From: Somniosus microcephalus | Lineage: Eukaryota | Direction: 5' to 3' | NCBI GenBank assembly: GCA_052327205.1 | Contig: CM126210.1 | Span: 57,350,001 to 57,414,000 of the forward strand | Length of the DNA stretch: 64,000 nucleotides | Shown: piece after piece, positions 59,868 to 64,000 of the stretch | How positions within the stretch are numbered: the stretch's first letter is position 1 | Layout: every line of letters begins with the position of its first letter | Translations under genes and position numbers: made by a program | The notes under the pieces: model-generated | Database searches by the model: none | What the model was told of the DNA's origin: nothing | The model's input: only the letters and a program-made list of their open reading frames with translations

Positions 59868-62050
59868 AACACCAATGCAATATCTTTACTTAATCCAATA
59901 CAATATCCTCAATAAACCCAATACAATATCCTCATTAAATCAATGCAATATCCTCATTAAATCCAATCCAATATCCTCATTAAACCCAATACAATATCCT
60001 CATTAAACCCAATACAATATCCTCATTAAATCCAATGCAATATCCTCATTAAATCCAATACAATATCCTCATTAAACCCAATACAATATCCTCATTAAAC
60101 CCAATACAATATCCTCAATAAACCCAATACAATATCCTCATTAAATCCAATACAATATCCTCAATAAACCCAATACAATATCCTCATTAAATCCAATGCA
60201 ATATCCTCATTAAACCCAATACAATATCCTCATTAAATCCAATGCAATATCCTCATTAAATCCAATACAATATCCTCATTAAATCCAATACAATATCCTC
60301 ATTAAACCCAATACAATATCCTCATTAAACCCAATACAATATCCTCAATAAACCCAATACAATATCCTCATTAAATCCAAAGCAATATCCTCATTAAACC
60401 CAATACAATATCCTCATTAAATCCAATGCAATATCCTCATTAAATCCAATGCAATATCCTCATTAAATCCAATACAATATCCTCAATAAACCCAATACAA
60501 TATCCTCAATAAACCAATACAATATCCTCATTAAATCCAATGCAATATCCTCATTAAATCCAATACAATATCCTCATTAAATCCAATGCAATATCCTCAA
60601 TAAACCCAATACAATATCCTCATAAAATCCAATGCAATATCCTCATTAAACCCAATACAATATCCTCATTAAACCCAATACAATATCCTCATTAAATCCA
60701 ATACAATATCCTCATTAAACCCAATACAATATCCTCATTAAATCCAATACAATATCCTCAATAAACCCAATACAATATCCTCATTAAACCAATACAATAT
60801 CCTCAATAAACCCAATACAATATCCTCAATAAACCCAATACAATATCCTCATTAAATCAATGCAATATCCTCATTAAATCAATCCAATATCCTCATTAAA
60901 CCCAATACAATATCCTCATTAAACCCAATACAATATCCTCATTAAATCCAATGCAATATCCTCATTAAATCCAATACAATATCCTCATTAAACCCAATAC
61001 AATATCCTCATTAAACCCAATACAATATCCTCAATAAACCCAATACAATATCCTCATTAAATCCAATACAATATCCTCAATAAACCCAATACAATATCCT
61101 CATTAAATCCAATGCAATATCCTCATTAAACCCGATACAATATCCTCATTAAATCCAATGCAATATCCTCATTAAATCCAATACAATATCCTCATTAAAT
61201 CCAATACAATATCCTCATTAAACCCAATACAATATCCTCATTAAACCCAATACAATATCCTCAATAAACCCAATACAATATCCTCATTAAATCCAAAGCA
61301 ATATCCTCATTAAACCCAATACAATATCCTCATTAAATCCAATGCAATATCCTCATTAAATCCAATACAATATCCTCAATAAACCCAATACAATATCCTC
61401 AATAAACCAATACAATATCCTCATTAAATCCAATGCAATATCCTCATTAAATCCAATACAATATCCTCATTAAATCCAATACAATATCCTCATTAAATCC
61501 AATGCAATATCCTCAATAAACCCAATACAATATCCTCATTAAACCCAATACAATATCCTCATTAAACCCAATACAATATCCTCATTAAATCCAATACAAT
61601 ATCCTCATTAAACCCAATACAATATCCTCATTAAATCCAATACAATATCCTCAATAAACCCAATACAATATCCTCATTAACCCCAATACAATATCCTCAA
61701 TAAACCCAATACAATATCCTCATTAAATCCAATGCAATATCCTCATTAAATCCAATACAATATCCTCATTAAACCCAATACAATATCCTCATTAAACCCA
61801 ATACAATATCCTCATTAAATCCAATACAATATCCTCATTAAATCCAATACAATATCCTCAATAAACCCAATACAATATCCTCATTAAATCCAATGCAATA
61901 TCCTCATTAAACCCAATACAATATCCTCAATAAACCCAATACAATATCCTCATTAAACCCAATACAATATCCTCATTAAATCCAATGCAATATCCTCATT
62001 AAACCCAATACAATATCCTCATTAAATCCAATGCAATATCCTTACTAAAT
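59868..62050 (+). repeat. Minisatellite with 23-bp unit AAAYCCAATRCAATATCCTCAWT, about 95 copies
   Basis: Directly visible; three main variable positions. Confidence 0.98.
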
Positions 62051-62779
62051 CTAGCTGTTCTATGATACAAAAAATCAGCAACTACACTCTCAGCAGGGAA
62101 CCTTGCTCCACAGGAACATGAATTGGAGGTAGGCTTGTAGCATGGATTCTCCAAACTGTGATCCCATCCAGCAAGGATTACAGAATACACCAACAAAAAA
62201 CATAAAGACCTGTACAGTGCTTTTAGTGTGGACTCCATTTGATGCCTGCATATCATTGTGTAACAGGAGCACAAAAGCCAAATGTCTTTCTAATTTGGTT
62301 AGAAGCAAAACTAATAATAGGTCTAGGGAGAACTCAAGTGTTGTCACCGTTTATCATTTCAGCAATAAGGCTGAATTCGTTGTCAGATATTTTACGTTAA
62401 GTTTGTTTAAATGATTTGAATTACTTTCTGTTAATGCTGGAACAGATTCATGAGGTTGCAGTGTTTTACTACTGTCCAATTATGTTATTTCATTTTCATT
62501 AGTTTTCATTACTCAACACAATTGAGATGCCTTTGGTATTTCTGCCCCCATGCTGTTCTGTCCTGTATTATATATGCAGTTTTCCTCTGTGTTAATCTAT
62601 GTCTTTCAAATAAGATTTGATCAGAAATATTTGGTCACATTACTTTTCCTGTTAAAAATATATAAATGCAAGTTGTTGTTGTAATGTTTTTCTCTAGCCC
62701 TTCTTTGTATGAAGGTGCTAACTTATTCTGGAGACTCTTCCCACAAGCAGTGGTGGGTCTGTTGTACCTCACCCAAAAG

Positions 62780-63395
62780 AGGCAATTTTAACCCTGCCCA
62801 CTTGGCAGAATGGTATGCAGTTAAAATTGCCCAGGGAACTGACTTGCTGCTCTCTCCATGCACGTTCCAATTTTAACCTGCTTTCCTGAGCAGGCATAAA
62901 AGACACCCACTGGAAACCGGCAGAATCCTTCTTTAAATATGTAGGTTGAGCTCCAGTTATGTCAATGGGGCCCAACTGCCATTTTAACCAGAGGCCTTGG
63001 GGGGGGACGGGAGCATTGTGGCTTTCCCATCAAGCCAACCTAGTGGGACACAGAGTCAGAGCCAGAAGAGGCCCTAGCAGTAAGTCATTTTACTTTTTTA
63101 CTTTCCTTGTGGGGACAGGAGGAGAAAGTGCTCCTGCAGGCCCCGCAAGGCCTCTACTGCCCCACCCTGATTGTGAGCCCCTCCCTTATCTGAGAGGCAG
63201 AGACTTCCTTTTGACCCTGACATCAGCCTCCTGCTGCCTGACATTCAGCGCCCGCCTGTTGGTGCGTTACCGCTTCCCAACGATTTCGGGTGGGTGACTA
63301 ACTAGGCCTATGCAGATGAGGCCCGATAGTTGAAATCTCCTGAGCCTCATGTTGCCGAGGTCGATTGATTTGAGCCCCAAGTTAAAATCGCAGCT
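62780..63395. mobile_element. Harbinger-type MITE related to 38500 and 55457
   Basis: Ends ggcaattttaac / gttaaaatcgc; GC-rich core. Confidence 0.65.
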
Positions 63396-63419
63396 TAAAG
63401 TGTCTAGTAGTTTTCATTT

Positions 63420-63590
63420 CTGAGACTGGGCACAGCTGATTTTTTTCCCCCTTCTCATTCACAGGTATCCTGAGGCCAATTGATTTGTTTCTGCTGACAT
63501 TAACCTGAGATCGGCTAACTCAGCATAGGCCAGGGATCAAGCCTGGGACTTCCCATTCTTTATGGCTCAGTAATACACTCCATGATGCAT
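63420..63590 (-). mobile_element. tRNA-derived SINE 5' half (family of 48855)
   Basis: ctgagatcggctaactcagcataggccagggatcaagcctgggac is the reverse complement of the family head. Confidence 0.7.
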
Positions 63591-64000
63591 TTATGTTACA
63601 GACCTATAATTTCTACTCCCCCCCCCGCCCCCCACCTTCGATTGGGGTACATATCCATTGGGATGGGACTCCCACCTGCCCCAGAGATACCCCTCTGATC
63701 TCGGCCATATTTCTGGCCTCAGGGCCACTTAGATATGGGATACCACTGGGGAGTTGTGCCGGTATGGGGGCTTTGGGACCTCCCACAGTGGGAGACTGGT
63801 GGCCAATGTATATATTTTTTAATCTTTAAAATTTTGCTGAACACGAATGGGCCGTGTGCGCAGCCGCAACACAAGCCCATTGTCAACTGTTACCTGGTAG
63901 TCGCCTCTGCTGATCTGTGAACACTGTACGTCGGGGCCATGAATTCTCTTCTGACAACTTTTAATAAGTGCAACATAGTATTAAAGTAACATGCTCTGAA

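Noticed and set aside
59868-62050. CRISPR-like appearance of the repeat arrays
   Set aside because: Head-to-tail units with no unique spacers, no cas genes, and a vertebrate intron context

Overview
Vertebrate, almost certainly cartilaginous-fish (shark-type), nuclear DNA. The whole window lies inside a RIMS1 (RIM1) gene on the + strand. I reconstruct 10 phase-consistent coding exons, from the end of the C2A domain through the alternatively spliced C2A-C2B linker, plus one strong extra candidate exon at 58025-58096. The introns contain many CR1 and L2 LINE fragments, three kinds of ancient tRNA-derived SINE (Deu-domain, LF-SINE-like and a third family), and an 8.6-kb decayed two-gene PIF/Harbinger transposon with TIRs, an AAG target duplication and nested insertions. 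There are also many Harbinger-type MITEs and two 2-kb minisatellites. The most unusual signals are four. (1) A MITE family built from serial hairpins whose stems show compensatory substitutions between two copies. (2) A 23-bp minisatellite in which every unit carries ATTAAA or AATAAA on the sense strand, with a ~917-bp higher-order duplication. (3) Near-identical inverted CR1 copies bracketing five exons that would form a stop-free 678-nt circle. (4) Candidate unannotated phase-2 cassette and micro-exons. Homology calls rest on my recall of the families; no searches were run.
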